A stretch of DNA of 63,849 nucleotides, counting the filler, from Octopus bimaculoides (taxonomy: Eukaryota): assembly GCF_001194135.2 (NCBI RefSeq). It is 7 parts of 7 records of this genome, joined end to end, with 100 filler letters (N's around TTAATTAATTAA, not from the genome) between each part and the next. Parts side by side here need not be neighbours in the genome. Positions count along the whole stretch, not along the records: positions 61,193 to 63,849 come from NC_068991.1; 6 more parts are not named here. One strand, 5' to 3'. This document shows, in pieces, positions 61,991 through 63,849 of this stretch. The number at the start of each line of letters is the position of its first letter. Within the stretch, counting starts at the first letter, position 1. A program made the position numbers and the translations under genes. The notes below the pieces were generated by a model, which worked only from the letters and a program-made list of their open reading frames with translations, had not been told where the DNA came from and made no database searches.

Positions 61991-63394
61991 GTCTCTGTAT
62001 TATATTTTGAATTTTGTCCATGTATATTTTTAGTATTCATATATTTCTATATTTCTATATTTTTATATTTCTAATATATCAATTTATGCTTCAGATCGGA
62101 CATTTCTTGTTTTATCCTAATTAAACCCTTTAACCATAGTCTGCCTCATTTGAACCTTTTTTATTTTATCTATTATACTTATATATANNNNNNNNNNNNN
62201 NNNNNNNNNNNNNNNNNNNNNNNNNNNNNNNNNNNNNNNNNNNNNNNNNNNNNNNNNNNNNNNNNNNNNNNNNNNNNNNNNNNNNNNNNNNNNNNNNNNN
62301 NNNNNNNNNNNNNNNNNNNNNNNNNNNNNNNNNNNNNNNNNNNNNNNNNNNNNNNNNNNNNNNNNNNNNNNNNNNNNNNNNNNNNNNNNNNNNNNNNNNN
62401 NNNNNNNNNNNNNNNNNNNNNNNNNNNNNNNNNNNNNNNNNNNNNNNNNNNNNNNNNNNNNNNNNNNNNNNNNNNNNNNNNNNNNNNNNNNNNNNNNNNN
62501 NNNNNNNNNNNNNNNNNNNNNNNNNNNNNNNNNNNNNNNNNNNNNNNNNNNNNNNNNNNNNNNNNNNNNNNNNNNNNNNNNNNNNNNNNNNNNNNNNNNN
62601 NNNNNNNNNNNNNNNNNNNNNNNNNNNNNNNNNNNNNNNNNNNNNNNNNNNNNNNNNNNNNNNNNNNNNNNNNNNNNNNNNNNNNNNNNNNNNNNNNNNN
62701 NNNNNNNNNNNNNNNNNNNNNNNNNNNNNNNNNNNNNNNNNNNNNNNNNNNNNNNNNNNNNNNNNNNNNNNNNNNNNNNNNNNNNNCCATATCTATACCC
62801 CTCATCCTCACACACATTCTTCCTCTCCCTCACTCTCTCTCTCTCTCTCTCCCCCTCTCTCTCCCCACATCCAGTCAAATGAAGACATTAGTGATGTGTC
62901 GTTCTCTGTGTTAATAAGCAACATAATATTTTCCTGTCGGTTTACTATTTCCACCGCCAACGGCACCACCGACGACTCCGCCGTTTGCAACGCCATTCTT
63001 TTTCTTTTTGAATACTTTGTGTCCCACCATTTCCTCCACACCCCTCTCTCTCTCTCCCCTTCTCCATCTCTCCCTCTCCCTCCTTCATTCTCCCTCTCTC
63101 TCCCTTATTCCCCCTCTCTCTCTCCCTCCATCTTTCCCTCTCTCTCTCCCTCCATCTTTCCCTCTCTCTCCCCCTCCATCTTTCCCTCTCTCTCTCCCTC
63201 CATCTTTACCTCTCTCTCCTTCTCTCAACATCCCCCCCTCTCTCTCTCTATTTCCTGTATTTTACCTGTGACCCAGATAATCCAGGTACACTAAGTTTGC
63301 TTTAAACGCCGTTAAAATGCAGGTGTCCTTTTGCACTGCAAATGCACTTGTGCACTTATAGAAACAGATTTTCGTCGTTTTTAATAATAAAGGA

Positions 63395-63849
63395 AATCCT
63401 CATCATCACAATCACCATCACCATCACCATCACCATCACAATCACCATCATCATCATCAATCATCATCATCATCATCATCATCATCACCATCACAATCAC
63501 CATCACCATCATCATCATCATCACCATCACCATCACCATCATCACCATCATCATCATCATTACGATTATCCTCATTGCCATTATCACTGTTGTTGTTGTT
63601 GCTGTATTTAAGGTAATCGTATTTTTTTGTAAATAAATAATATTATTATGATTATAATTAGTATTATTCTATTAGTGTTGTTAATGTTGTTGTTATTAAT
63701 GCGATAATCACCATTGTCTTCATTACGATATAAACCGAATAATTATCACGAACATCATCATAATCAGCATCACTTTTATCACCATCATCATCGTCGTCGT
63801 CATCGTCGATGTTGTCGCCGTCATTCCCATCATCATCACCTCCACCACC
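63395..63849. repeat. Compound (CAT)n/(CAC)n/(GTT)n trinucleotide repeats
   Basis: Direct reading. Confidence 0.95.

Overview
Eukaryotic genomic DNA: AT-rich, saturated with microsatellites, roughly 15% N gaps. The tRNA-derived SINE families and repeat landscape suggest an octopus draft assembly (inference, no search run). Only one host gene is well supported: an intronless class A neuropeptide GPCR of the sNPF/prolactin-releasing-peptide receptor family on the minus strand (7860-9071, 403 aa). The ~54 kb to its right (upstream) is dense in transposons. DNA elements: Tc1, mellifera-type mariner with both TIRs, maT/DD37D, Tigger/pogo, hAT-Buster, Chapaev-like, Helitron remnants and MITEs. Non-LTR elements: two Penelope-like, two RTE, Tx1/L1, R4/Dong and a CR1 tail. 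There is also a compact CsRn1-type Gypsy derivative with both LTRs, PBS and TSD, about 20 SINE copies, and an interstitial telomere-like array. Most interesting items: a minimal type I hammerhead ribozyme (19418-19457) plus an inverted hammerhead-like core flanking the Penelope-like ORF; the LTR derivative with a perfect 33-nt palindrome that looks template-switch generated; and a cluster of long palindromes at 39.6-40.0 kb. I see no convincing novel multi-gene system. Most ORFs in the supplied track are microsatellite or N-gap artefacts. All family assignments are from motif recognition, not database searches.
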